Shown: positions 26,150-38,610 of the stretch, one piece after another
How the letters are laid out: the number at the start of each line of letters is the position of its first letter
Numbering within the stretch: the stretch's first letter is position 1
Assembly (NCBI GenBank): GCA_024679065.1
Contig: JAGIQG010000012.1
Location: forward strand, 19,778,001-19,842,000
From: Sphyrna mokarran
Lineage: Eukaryota
Reading direction: 5' to 3'
Length of the DNA: 64,000 nt
Notes under the pieces: model-generated
Told to the model about the DNA's origin: nothing
The model's database searches: none
What the model saw: only the letters and a program-made list of their open reading frames with translations
Position numbers and translations under genes: made by a program

Positions 26150-26600
26150 AACATAAGAATTCGGAGCAGGGGTAGACCATTCAGCATCTTGAGCTTGTTT
26201 GGCCATTCAATAAGAACATGCCTAATATTCAGCTTACACTCCATTTTCCCATCAGCTCCTCATATCTCTTGACTAAAAATCTCTTTATCTCAGCTTTAAA
26301 TACATTCAATGATGAAGCATCCACAACCCTCTTAGGTAGAGAATTCCAAAGATTCACAACCCTCTGGATAAAAGCATTTCTCCACATCTCACCCCCCTTT
26401 TCTCGAGACAGTGCCCCCATGATCTAGATTCTCCAGCCTATGCAAACATAGGCTGGACTAATCTGTCGATCTCCTAATGAATCTTGAATATTTCAACTAG
26501 GTCATCTCTCGTTTTTTTGAACTCCGAGGGTATGGACCCAACTTACTCAGCTTCTCATTGTACAATAACTCTCTCATCCCTAGAACCAATCTAGTTAATA
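26150..26600 (-). mobile_element. CR1 LINE 3' fragment
   Basis: ORF 26229..26420 (FIQRVVNLWNSLPKRVVDASSLNVFKAEIKRFL). Confidence 0.9.
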
Positions 26601-27344
26601 CTGACCAGGAGACTGGGAAAGCTCTCCTGCTCTTCTTTGAATCATACCGACAGATCTTTTACATCCACCTAAGAGGACAGGTGGGGTTTTGATTTCATAT
26701 CTCAATTGGAAGATGATATCTTTGACAGTGTTGCATTCCCCTCAGTACAGCACTGATATGTCAACTTTAATTTAGGTCTCTGGAGTAAGACTTAAAAGTA
26801 TACTAGGAATCGGTAGCTGAGGGATGTCTATAGTGTGTAATAAAATACCTTTCACTTTTGGCTGTAAGCATTAGCATCAAATGTTACCAGATCATGTATA
26901 GCACAACCAACACCAAACCAAAGCTCTTCTGCTGTGTAATGGCTATGATGTGTAACAACATTATAAACTAATTCTTGAATGTAATACAGAGACACTACAG
27001 AAAGAGACCTGAGCAATTCTTTCCCAATTACATTTTAACTCCATGCTTTATTTCACCAGTTTGATTTTTGTTGCCATGTTTCTTACTGAGGCAAACTTCT
27101 AATTTCAATAACCTAGCTGAGCAATCCAGTACTAGTTTGTGCTGAATTACAAATCTTCCACATTACAAGCTCACATCCTATAGGAAATGATCTACAACTG
27201 TTCCTGCTCACATAAGGGCACAAAGTGAAATGATTGTGTAAACCAGTGGCATAAAACTACCCAAAACATGACACCAAACCCCACCTTCATTTGACTGTGT
27301 CTCAGAAACACCAGAGAGAGAGCTGATGTGGTGAAGGTGTCAGC

Positions 27345-28010
27345 CTTGGCACAGTGGCGGCATCTCTTCCCCCTGAATCTGAAGGGGATTTAAGTATTTA
27401 ATCTAGACTGACATTTCAGGAAGTGTTGCACAGTTGGAGATGTTGTTTTTCCAGGTGAGGTATCCAACCAAAGCCCTAACTGCCCATTCAGAAGGATGTA
27501 ATATATCCCAGAATAGCGCCCAGGATCTGGGTTCAATTCCAGGTGCCTGTCTGTGTGGGGTTTGCACATTCTATCCATGTCTGCATGGGTTTCCTCTAGG
27601 TGCTTCGGTTTCCTCCCATAGTGCATAGATGTGTGGGTTAGGTGCATTGGCCATGCTAAATTGACCCTATATCAGGGGATTAACAGGATAAATATGTGGG
27701 GTTATGGAAATAGGGTTTTGGTGGGATTATGGTCACTGCCAACTCAATGGGCCAAATGGCCTCCTTCTGCACTGTAGGGATTCTACGATTCTATAATTAA
27801 ATGAAGAGGAGCAGGGGAACTTTCACAGTGTCCTGTACAATGGCCATCCTCAACAACCAAACTGCATAAAAAATAGATCAAATCTTTTACATCACTGCTG
27901 TTTGTGGGACCCTGCAAATTGACTGTCACCTTTCTCTGTATTACAGCAGTGACCATATTTCAAAAAGGGCTTAATTAGCTATAAAATGCTTGGGGGGTCC
28001 CTCAGGTTCT
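27345..28010 (+). mobile_element. Old Deu-domain (SacSINE1/AmnSINE-like) SINE with nested HE1-like SINE (about 27510-27795)
   Basis: GAAGAGGAGCAGGGGAACT...GTGTCCTG...CCTCAAC Deu-like core resumes after the HE1-like tail ATTCTACGATTCTAT. Confidence 0.65.
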
Positions 28011-29555
28011 GATGGCTGCTTTATAATTGGTCATGCTTGGGGTGTTCTATGAATAATGAGATTTAAACAAACCGCGCAAAATAAAGTTCCACTGATGCTG
28101 AGGTGGATCAGGGAGCACTCCATTCCCAAATGGAGGAAGGAACATGTGATGAAGTCTCTCCATCATTCCAAAAAACACAATTTCCTAGAAAAATACATTG
28201 CCTCGGTGGGAAAGATCGAGAGGACTTCACATTTACTCCTGTTCTTATATTTCTAAGAAATTAGGATAATTTGTGCTCGGTAATATTCTTGTGATGCTGG
28301 TTAGATAATTATTCAATAGCTAACAGCTACATTTAATGCAATATATCATAACCATTCACACTGCACCAGCTGAGTGGATTGTTAAGCTCGGCACTGGACT
28401 ACAACAGCTTTCTTCAGCCATTTCAATAAAAAATATATTTATATATATATAAAATATATATAATTGCCCATTTGTACTCATTAATTCAACCCGTGCTAGA
28501 TTCATTCACATCCCTCGGCAAACTGAAAAATAAGCACAGACAAGTGCTTGGGGAGAGCAAATCGCTTATAATTCTGCTCTAAGTAAATAATGTATGACAG
28601 AGAGGGCCCCAAGACGAATTGAAAGTCCCCTAAAGTCAAAGGAAACATATTTAATGACAGCTTCAATGTCACAGATTTCACTCCGAGGGAAAAAAATAAA
28701 TCAGACACAGAATCAGCTGCTTTACAAGTGTCAGTCTTATCTCTGGCAACAGTCTCACTACTGAGTCACAATGTTGTTAGTTCCAAAGTCCCACCGCTAA
28801 GGTTTGAGATATCATAGCTTTCAGAAGCCGGGTGGTCTGGTTAACAAGTAATTCATAATGCACAAGAAAAAGGACAATTAACTAATGCTTGTACACAAAT
28901 GGATTGAGAATTTCTTGCAACAGCGAATAGGTAGTTTAAAGGAGCATTTAGTTTAGTGTAAAGCCCTCTGGAATATGTATTGATGAAAATCCGTATAAGA
29001 AACGCAGATCTTCACTTTAAATGGTCTCAAACTATCCTGGATGCAAACCGACCTCCGCAAATTAACGGAAAAGGCAATTTCAAAACATTTAATGTTTGGT
29101 TTGTGGGGTGAAGGTGGAAGAAATGCACACAACAATCACTCATTTCATATTAATACTCGCTGAGCCTGGGGAATCCAGGATGGCTTTTTTCTTTAAGAAA
29201 CGTGAATTTTACATAAAAAGAACTGGAACAAAGGGGAATTTGGAGGATTTTTTTCCCCAAACTAATCTCCTCCCCAGTTATTATCCTGAATAACAAGAGA
29301 AGGATGGCAGGCGGGGAGGGGATGTTCTTTGTTGTAAGAGTCATGAACATTTCCCCATTTGAAGGACTGCACTGGTGTGTATGATGTCGATATGTTGTAT
29401 GTATATCACGATCCATGGGCAAGGGGCAACTCCTACGAAAGCTATGTAGCTGCATTTTTCGTATTGTAGTTTTAGATGGTTTAAGTGCAAACAAATCAAG
29501 AAAGTTTATCTTTGCCCCCCTCCCCCGCTTTCTGTCTTGCTGTGCTGACCCTTAC

Positions 29556-30000
29556 CTTTGGAGATGAGGTGGTCAATGTCCCGGTCGATGCCCATGTAGT
29601 AACATTTCCTCCAGAGACCCGTGTAGGTGGCGAACAGAGGGCGGGCGCAATCCGACTCGAAGACGCCGAGCCCCAGCACCGAGCGCCAGTTCTCCAGCAG
29701 ATCCTGCTCGCCGGCCGCGGGTAGCCGGTGCGAGGAGGCTCCGGTGGCCGGAGCTGGGCTGCCCGGGAAGGAGGCCGCTTCCTCCGGCTGGCTGCGCTCC
29801 CGCAGCGGCAGGTTGTAGATGGGCATCACTCGCTGCTGCTCCTCGCCGCCGCTGCCCAGCCTTTGGCCATCGCAGCTCTGCCGGTGCCTCCGGGTGTCCG
29901 TCTCGTACCAGTGATCGGTGAAGATGGCCGTGGTAAGCAGCAGGAGAGCCGAGCAGCTCAGGAACAGGCTGAAGGAGGTGATCCAGCCCCGCTTCTCCAT
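29556..30000 (-). CDS. TMEM178A: TMEM178A coding exon 1 (445 nt; TM1 and first extracellular loop)
   Basis: ATG at 30000-29998 in strong context (GAG-ATG-G). Encodes MEKRGWITSFSLFLSCSALLLLTTAIFTDHWYETDTRRHRQSC...ECARPLFATYTGLWRKCYYMGIDRDIDHLISK-like sequence (ESDCARPLFATY...), matching the recalled human TMEM178A N-terminus and the claudin-superfamily GLW-C motif. Donor AAG|GTAAG after 29556, phase 1. Confidence 0.97.
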
Positions 30001-30070
30001 CTCGCTCAGTTTGCCCCCAGCATTGACTACCCCTTCCTTGTCTTGTCCCAGGCAACGCCGCCCTCCAATG
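29560..30070. promoter_or_regulatory. CpG island over TMEM178A exon 1
   Basis: Dense CpG and high GC against a CpG-depleted, AT-rich background. Confidence 0.8.
30006..30023 (-). promoter_or_regulatory. Short upstream ORF (MLGAN*)
   Basis: ATG CTG GGG GCA AAC TGA ends 5 nt before the main ATG. It is relevant only if the TSS lies upstream of 30023. Confidence 0.55.
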
Positions 30071-30479
30071 CCAGCGATTTCTTTCTTCCCCCCCTCCCTT
30101 TTCCTCCCTCTTGTCTTCCCCCACTTTCTACAAAGCCTACAATCTCACCCAGGCGCTGGGCACACGCTTCTGATTTCATTTGTCCCGACACAGCTTTGTT
30201 ACAGTGGCATGGAGAGATATGGGCAACCTTTGCAGAGGGACTAACTGATAGTCTGAAGCTAGCTCTGTACTCACTGACTTTGCCTGCAGACTCTCACATT
30301 CCCCCTCTTCACTGGCAGCACTCTAGCTGTTACTTCTGTCTTTTTTCTTCCCTCTCTCTTTTTCTCTCGGTGTGAGAGTACCGAACAACCTCTAAAACAC
30401 TCCCCTCTCCTCTACCACACACCTGAGAATGCAACACCAAGTCTAATTTTTAATATAAGTTCCAGTTTAAAATTCATCC

Positions 30480-31015
30480 TATCTGGCTCATTGGCACTAC
30501 TGTTCTCTTGAGTCACAAGGAGGTTCCCTCCGAGGACATCTCACCTACCCGGGCAGCACTAAGGGAGTGCTGCACTGTCAGAAGGGCTAGCTAGAATTTT
30601 ACCCACCTGCCTGTCATTGGAATCGGAGCATTAAGGGGCAAACAATAGAAAGATCTGGAGACCTCAGGCAAGATTTTACAGTTTTTGGTCAAGCAAGGCC
30701 ATAAAATCCCATCACTGTCTTTCCAAGTTTGATTTTGAACTGAAACCCTGCTGATTCTCAAATAGGTTTAAAAGATCCCATGGTCCTATTTTAAAAAGCA
30801 CAGGGGTGGGTCAGCTCCATGTGCTGATTAATATTTATCTCTCCACCAATATTTCTAAAGTAGATTACTCAACCATTATCAAATTGATGTTTGTGGAAGG
30901 TTATTGGGCACAAAATGGCTGTGGTGTTTATTATAATTCCTACATTTCAAAGCCATTTATTGACTACAAAGAGCATTTGGGAATTTTTGAAATCATGGAA
31001 GGTTATATGGAAACG
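30480..31015 (+). mobile_element. Old Deu-domain-like SINE with a nested MITE (about 30590-30712)
   Basis: GCAGCACTAAGGGAGTGCTGCACTGTCAGAAGG...AAAAGATCCCATGG...AATATTTATCTCTCCACC is similar to the 27345-28010 host. Confidence 0.6.
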
Positions 31016-31499
31016 TAAAACTTCCTTTTTTATATAATGATCAAGTGCAGCAAAGTTCATTAAGCTATAAAATAATCTTTCTCGATCAGAGGAGACAATA
31101 TTGAGTTTCGCCTCTTTATGAGACACTTTCCATTCAAAAATATATAATACGTCACCTGGGGCAAACTAAGTGCATCTGTCTGCAAATAAATATCAACCCA
31201 GGGCAATTTACAAATCCTGTCTATCACACATTCAGCTCCTGAAACCATTACCATGACAACGTGCAACCAGTGGGAAAAAAATCAAGGTACAGCACCATAA
31301 GGAAACAACAGACTACACTGCTATAAATATATCCATACTCCCCCTCCCCCATATATTTAAACTGAGACTGAACTCTTAATGATTGATTTTATTTTTTAAA
31401 AATCTTTAATGTTTCATAGAAAATGTAGATTTTAAATGCTAGAGTACCTTAGTATTTCAAATTAAATTGAAATGCCAAAAATATTAAGACAACATACAG

Positions 31500-32235
31500 T
31501 GTAACCATGGAGGTGGCAGGATGAGTCGAAAAGGATGTTACAAAGACATATGGGATCCTTGACTTTATAAATATTGTGGCAGCTTAGGTATAAAAGCAAG
31601 GAAGTTATACTTTATAAAACACTGGCTAGTTCCCAGCTGGAGTATTGTGGCTAGTTGTGGGTGCGACATTTTGGGAAGGATGTCAAAGCCTTAGAGAGGA
31701 TGCAGAGAATGGTAATGGTGATGAAAGACTTCAATCAGGCAGAGAAACTAGAGAAACTGCGGATGTTCTTCCACAGCAGGCCCATCTGTCTTTTGTTTTT
31801 AAAGTTGTTACTTCTTGTTGCAGTTTCTACATTCTCCCTCCTTTCAGTTTTGATGAAGAATCTATGGATTCGAAACGTTAACTCTGCTTCTCTCCTGATA
31901 GATGCTGGCAGACCCTGCTGAGTTTTTCCAGCATTTGCTCTGTTCTAGTTGAATGAGAGAAGATTTGATACAAGTGCTCAGATTTTTAAGGGTTTGATTT
32001 GATTGCAAAAGAACCAGACACAACATAAAGAAGAACATTTTTATGTAATGTGTTGTTACGATCCAGAATGCGCTGCTTGAAAGGATGGTGGAAACAGATT
32101 CAGTAACAACTTTCGAAACTAGAATGGCAAAATATTTGAAAATGAAACATTGAGTGGGATTAGCTAGATATGTCTACCAAAGAGATAGCCAACAGATGAT
32201 AGGTTGAATGGTCTCCTGTGTGCTATATCATTCTA
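31500..32235 (+). mobile_element. CR1 LINE fragment with Penelope pseudo-LTR insert (about 31780-31945)
   Basis: HFGKDVKALERMQRMV...EKLEKL; GATGCTGGCAGACCCTGCTGAG...CCAGCATT motif in the insert. Confidence 0.75.
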
Positions 32236-32379
32236 TGCTTGCATGCTTCAAAGCTCTAAGCAAATTTCACATGCAACAAGTTTTGCGGCCAGATCATTCA
32301 TGATCTTATTGAATTGGGGAGCAGGATCCAGTAATCAATTGACTCACTCCTACTCTTAGCTGTTTGGTTCTTAACAACT

Positions 32380-32890
32380 CCCAATTATATAGCACCTTTA
32401 ACATGGTAAAGTATCTCAAGGCATTCCCGAAATCTTTCTTAAAAAATATTGATAGCAAATTTAAGAAGATAATCTTATAGATGACCAAAATCTCAATCAG
32501 AGTGCTAAAAGTTTTAAGGAACATTTTATAGGAAGAGAGTAAGATAGAGAGGCAGAGAGATTTAAGAAGGGAATGTTAGAGCTTAGGCCTTGGCAGCTGT
32601 AGATGCGGCCTATGGAACAGTGATGAAAACCAGGGTTGCACAAGAAGTTAGAATTGGATGGCAGCAGAAATCTCTGAGATTGATCCTCAAATCGGTGGAG
32701 GAGGTTAACAGAAATAGGAAAGTGTGAGGTTATGGAAGGATTTGAAAACAAGAAAGATGATTTGAATATCATGCTGAAAGACAATGTAGATATTTGAGCA
32801 CAAGGTTGATGAGTAAATGGGATTTAGTGCAAATTAGGCTACTGGCATTTGAGTTTTGAATGAGCTCAAGTTTAATGAGGGTGCAGATTC
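32380..32890 (-). mobile_element. L2-like LINE 3' fragment
   Basis: Reverse-complement similarity to the 3' part of 24860-25985. Confidence 0.6.
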
Positions 32891-33769
32891 TACAGGGCAT
32901 ACTTAGCAAAATGGTCTCTGCAGTAGGAACACTTGAAGAAATGTTAGGACAAGAAATCAGAAAGATTCAACTTATCTTAGGATCTACAGCAAACTGGAAA
33001 CTACTGACAAATGCATTTAACAACCAAAGATCAGAGACCAAAAGGACCATCCAGACAAAGCAGGTTTGTGAACACAGCAAATATACACAGACAAATCCAT
33101 CAAACTGCATCAGAAATGTTCAAAAAAGTTTATTGGCTCTAGATGAAAGATCATGGATCTGAAGCATTACATCTAACATTTCTCTATTCACATTTGCTGT
33201 CTTATCTGACCAGTTTTTTCCCTGTTTCAGTTCAAATTTCTAGCATGTGCGGGATTTTTGTTCAATAATGATTAGTGGACATATAAAAAAACACTTGTTT
33301 GGGAGGAAATGCCAGGAGCATAAATAGTGGCAGCACTATACTATAAGGTTATATAAATCAGATGCATCAGGTCAATGCCTTATTTTCTCTAACCTATTAG
33401 ATCGGGCCAGTCTATATACTAACATTGTCTTTTGTATAAATGGAAAATGAATCCTAACTATAAGGTGGCAGAATCATATTTGAAAGAACTTCATAGTATT
33501 AAAAATGAAAAGAATTTGCATTTATATAGCACCTTTCACAATCTCAGGAGCTTTCAAAGAGTTTTACAGGTAATGAAATATTTCTGATGTTTAGTCACTG
33601 CTGTAATATAGGAAATATGGATGTCAACTTGCACATGGCACAGCCCGAGTAGGAGTAAGGAGATACATGAATAAAAAATGTGTTTTAGTGATGCCCTTGA
33701 GAAATATATCTTGGTGAGAGCATTGGAAACAATTCCTGTTGTCCTTATTGCCTTTCATTCATATATTTG

Positions 33770-35470
33770 AATTAAGAGCAACCTGTTCTTTCAGCCTGTT
33801 CTGTCAGTCATGGCTAATCCCACTTTCTATGTGATTATCAAATCTCTTGGGGGTTCCCTTAGTAGTCAAAAAATTATCAATTACTGATATGAATGTACTC
33901 AACAACTGAGCATATAGCTCTCCTATGTAAAGGACCTTCTGAGTGAAGAATCATCTCATTATTGTCTTCATCTCATTCCAAAAAGGCTGACTCCTCATTC
34001 TGAAATGGTTTTGGTCTTCTCAGTTAGGGAATGCATCCTCCCAGTGTTTAGTTTTTTAAAAAATTTAATGTTCCATTGAAATTACCTCTCATTCTTCTAA
34101 ACTCTAGAGAATATCAAATATATAATTTCCTCATCCTAGGCATATGTCAACTGAAACCTCATTGCAGTCCTTTGAAGACAAGTATATCCTTTAGATACAC
34201 AGCCCCATATAATTGCAGAAAGACTTCTTCCCCCTTATACAGTACACTTGTCTCTTTGTAATAAAGGCCAAGATTCCATATGCTCTCCTAACTATTTGCT
34301 GTACCAGTGTACTGACTGACTGTGGTTTATGTACTAAGGTACCCAGAACTCTCTGAATACTAGTCTAACACCATTTTAAAAAAAATCTGTTTTTCTATTT
34401 TTTTCTATCGAAGTGGATAACTTCATGTGCTCTTGCTCACTTACTTAACAGCCTTTGCAGTTTCTTTGCATCCTTCTGACAGTTTACTTTACCACCTAAC
34501 TTTGTGTTGTCAGCAACCTTGTGTATATTACACACTGACCTCTCATCCAAGCCATTGATATTGATTGTTCATACTTGAGGCCCAAGTACTGATGCATATG
34601 ATATCCCCATTAGTTATAACTTACCAATCTGGATATGATCTGTTTGTTTTTACTTTGTTTTCTGACCTTAACTAACTTCGGTCCATGCTAATATATTAAC
34701 TCAATCCCATAACTCTACTTTTGTAATAATTTTGTAAGGTATGACACTTTATTGAATGCTTCATGAAATTTCAAATATATTACATCCACTGGCTATCCCT
34801 TATCTACCCTGCAAGTTACAATGTCAAAAACCTCTTATAGATTTGTCAAGCTTGATTTCCCTCATACAAATCCATGTTAACTCTGTTCAAAGTGCCTTAT
34901 TATAATGTCCTTAATAATAGCTTACTAGTGAGCTATTATTAAGGACATCAAAGAAGGCACTTTGAAAATATGATTGAACATTGTAACCCTCAGTGTAGAT
35001 AAGGGGGATCCAGTGGATGTAATATATTTGAAATTTGATATCACGATAACTGACCTATATTTACACTGTTGTCTCTCCCACATTTCTTGAATAAGCGATT
35101 ACCTTACAAACAATGGGCAATGTTCCAAAATCTAGGGAATCCTGGAAGATAAAAACCATAGCATCTGCTATCTCTTTACCCAACACTTTTGAAAATATTT
35201 ACTTGTGGGCATCAGCTCCAGGGATTTGTTTTTCCTTATAGAATCATAGAATCCCTATAGTGCAGAAGGAGGCCATTCGGCCTGTCAAGTCCATCATCAA
35301 GACTATCATTTGCTCCCTTTTATTTCCCCAGTACTGTCTTATTTCTCTATTTTTTTAAAATTCCTCATTCATACTAGACCCTTAGAGTTCCAGTCTTCCT
35401 GGATTTTTTTTGTGTGCCTTCTACCTTCTACTGTAAAGATAATATGAAGCATTGTTTTAATATCTCTGCA
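33770..35470 (-). mobile_element. Old CR1 LINE
   Basis: Minus strand SKVADNTKLGGKV and VD.G.PVDVIYL.F.EAFNKVS motifs, heavily decayed. Confidence 0.75.
34766..35036. repeat. Spacerless palindrome / inverted duplication within CR1
   Basis: Centre ATGTCCTTAATAATAGCTTACTAGTGAGCTATTATTAAGGACAT (axis 34926/34927). Outer arms AAATTTCAAATATATTACATCCACTGG and CCAGTGGATGTAATATATTTGAAATTT. Confidence 0.92.
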
Positions 35471-36569
35471 CTGGTGGCTGGTCTGAAACTGATTTGCATC
35501 CTGCGAATAGGATGCAAATGAAGGCCCAAATGGAATCTCATCCCCATGTCAAATAGGCCCAAAATAAAGCTTGTCCCTAGTGATAACATGCTGCAGATGG
35601 GATAAACAGGCTGAAAGTGTGACTTCCTCCCATTGAGGGTGAGGTAAGTTGGGCCTTGTTGGGCAGGGGGGAATCAGGCAGCCTAGGAAGAAAGGCAAGG
35701 GGTTGAGGATGACTGTTTGTCCAGGTAGACAGGTATAAAGGAAGTAGTAATGTTTTGGCAGGGTATGGTCCTGATGTGCAAAAGGCACTCCCTGTATGTT
35801 CTGTCCTTCCTTTCCAAAAATATTTTTTAAAACAGCCTGTCCACTTCCACTTTTCTATGGCAGGGGTAGTGTGAAATGTGGGTCAATTGGTATGGTTACA
35901 AGCTTAATTATTGCCCGTTCATTATCTATTTGAAACAGCAGTTACACCCACTCACCCACCATATTACGGGGATCAGGTCAGGGCTGGGTGGGGATGCAAC
36001 GGCCATGCCATCCTTTGTATTTTACTTATCGCCCTCTCCCCCAAGCTTTCCTGTAAAATCCAGCCTATAGACATGGATGAAATAAAAACCAGCTTAAAAA
36101 ATATTGGATTATAAAGAGTAATGATAAAGAACACTATATAAATATAGCAGAAGAAAACACCAACCACTCACTGTAGAAGAATTAAGAGAGAAACTAAAAA
36201 CAACAAAATTCCAGACTGCATAAATGTCTGGACACAAAATCTTACCAAATCACAGTTCACTGAACTAAACATAGCAACAACACATACCAGACGTCCTAAT
36301 TTGCTGTAGCTATGCAAAGTCTATTTTTGTTTCTAATGAAAGAAAATCGCACAGTAGAATGTTGAAACAAAAAAATGCAAGCACTTATTTTAATTTAGTT
36401 TCTATATTCCCTTAGTAATTCCAAGCATGAGAAAGATTCAAAAAAGAACATTTGTCAATTTGCACATAAATAAAAAAATAGAAGGGTCCACTAAGACAGT
36501 GAGCAGCCTGAGCAATGCAGACCAAAGAAAGTCGTACATTCTATCATTAGTCTTTGCTGAATTAACTAA

Positions 36570-37345
36570 ATATCAGTCCTCTTCACCCATCACCCCCATG
36601 CTTGCCCATTCATATTGGCTTCCGGTCTAGCAATGCCACAAATTTAATATTCTAATCCTTGCATCCAATGGCCCCACCTATCCTCTCCACTACCCCCGCC
36701 TACCTGCCTCCCTTCTATAACCTGTTCCATGTTACAACTCTCCCAGATCTTAACATTCCTTCAATGTTGCCTTTTGCATATCCCAGATTTCTAGCGTTCC
36801 TTCACTGTCGGACACACCTTCAGCTGTCTGGGCCTGAAGTTCTGAAAGTGGAGGGTTGTGGGTTTATCTGATTGCTGGAAACAATAACAGCTGAAGATGG
36901 ATTTTCAGATGATGGACAGACACATGATCACACTGTTTCTCTATTGATGTGAGTATTGGCTGTGTGCGTATATTCCTGTATAGCCTTTTATAAGCACAGT
37001 AGTTGATATTCAACCTCATACTCATGCCATCACTACTTCCACCTCTGTAATATCACTCAATATCAGCCCTCCATTAGCTCACCTATTTCTGAAACCTTCA
37101 TTCATGCCTTCACTACCTCTAGACTTGACTATTAATACATTTCTGGCTGGTCTCCTCATCATTCTGTCAACTTGATTATTTGATTTTAAAATTCTGTTTG
37201 CCAAGCCCTTCGTGGCCTTTCTCCTCCATATCTCTGCCAGAAACCTCAAGATATTTGCATTCCTCTAATTCTGGCCTCTGATTTTAATTTACTCCCTCAC
37301 TGGTGGCTATGTCCACTGTTGCCTCCCAAGCTTTTGATCATCTAA
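36570..37345 (+). mobile_element. L2-like LINE fragments
   Basis: SSSPITPMLAHSYWLPV and ETFIHAFTTSRLDY motifs. Confidence 0.7.
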
Positions 37346-37352
37346 CCTAATG

Positions 37353-38610
37353 TGTGGAATTTTATGATTTCATCGTGCCCATTTTAAAGCAGGAATTGCA
37401 CGTGATGCGACTAGTGGGAAAGGTGCCCATTTTCACACCCATTCCCATTTTACCGAGAAAAGGATTTGGCACAATTGGGAGCCTGCCCAACACAGGCAAG
37501 ACGCCAATTTTTATTTTTGTTTTGCATTCACGTCAATGTAATTGGCAAACTTCAATCCCAACCGTCCCAACTCACCTGCCTTAAATAACCTCATGCACTG
37601 CAGCCAGATCGATCAGGAAAATACCTCATGTATAGAAGTGAGATTCTGGTGCTGGAGCAGAGAGGGTGAGTGAGGAGATAAGAGTCTATGTTCAAACCAT
37701 TCAGTGCTGCTCAGAGGGTTTGTTTCTTGGCAGCCATGTTGCATTTTGAGATGGGGGGGGCTTAAAGTGTGTGGAGAGGTGGAGAGGTGTTGTTCATAAG
37801 GTCCAACCTTGGACTTTCAGCATGGACCCAGCTCAGAATGCTGACCTTGGGTTTAAGCACTAGCTCTGGGTATTAGTGCTGGCAGTAGCAGGTGGAGAAT
37901 GGGCTGGAAATTCTCTGAAGTGGCAGTGCTGCAGCCTCAGGTGCTGTCAAGCAGCAATGTCTGTGTCCACTACTGCATGGATCCTGGGTGTGTGTTTGTG
38001 TGGGGGGTGGGGGGGGGACTATGGGGCTGTTTGCCATGCTGGGGGTCTGTGGGAGGGTTACAGAGAGTGGGGGCTGGGGGATGTATGTGGGGCATTATGG
38101 TGAGTATGTGGTGCTGGGTTATGGGGAACGTGTGTTGCTGGGGGTCAGTGGAGGGAGGTATGGACAGTATGTGTTAATGGGCTGGGGGCGAGAAGAGTTC
38201 TTTAACCTCTCCATCTGTCTCCCCTCCTTCCCCAAATGTTCCCCTCTTCAGATTGATGAGATGGCTTTTAAAATGCAACCGATTGATCTTTCTGTTCTTT
38301 TTGTTGCTGCTGGAGCTGAGGAGGAGGAGCTGGAGGATGAATTATAAGTGGAGATGACCCAGACCTTACCACTTACAAGAGTAGAGGCAGATGGCTGCAG
38401 GAGGCAGGACTGCAGTTCATCCTGAGTGGCTGGGAGGTTGCAGGAAAAGGAGAGAGTGGGGATCCCGGCAATTCTGCAGGCAAGTATCCTTCAAGCAATT
38501 GTCTCCGGGTCAAAAGGAGATATTGCGCACCTATGCCATTTGTTGCAAGTAGGGGGAAAAGGTGGAGAGGTGGGTAGGCACTCATTCCTGGTGCTGTGAA
38601 AGTGGCCTCA
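37353..38610 (+). mobile_element. PIF/Harbinger transposon remnant (left end plus transposase N-terminus)
   Basis: TIR-like GTGGAATTTTA start; MAFKMQPIDL...AAGAEEEELE; KGDIAHLCHLL and a frameshifted ..VAVKVA-like HARBI1-type segment. Confidence 0.65.

Noticed and set aside
29506-29555. C-terminal KGQHSKTESGGGGQR of ORF 29506..30000 as coding
   Set aside because: It lies beyond the consensus donor at 29555. TMEM178A homology continues in exon 2.
29573-30375. Long overlapping ORFs in other frames and on the antisense strand over exon 1 (183 aa, 215 aa, 108 aa)
   Set aside because: Expected from stop-codon scarcity in a GC-rich CpG island. No recognisable protein motifs.
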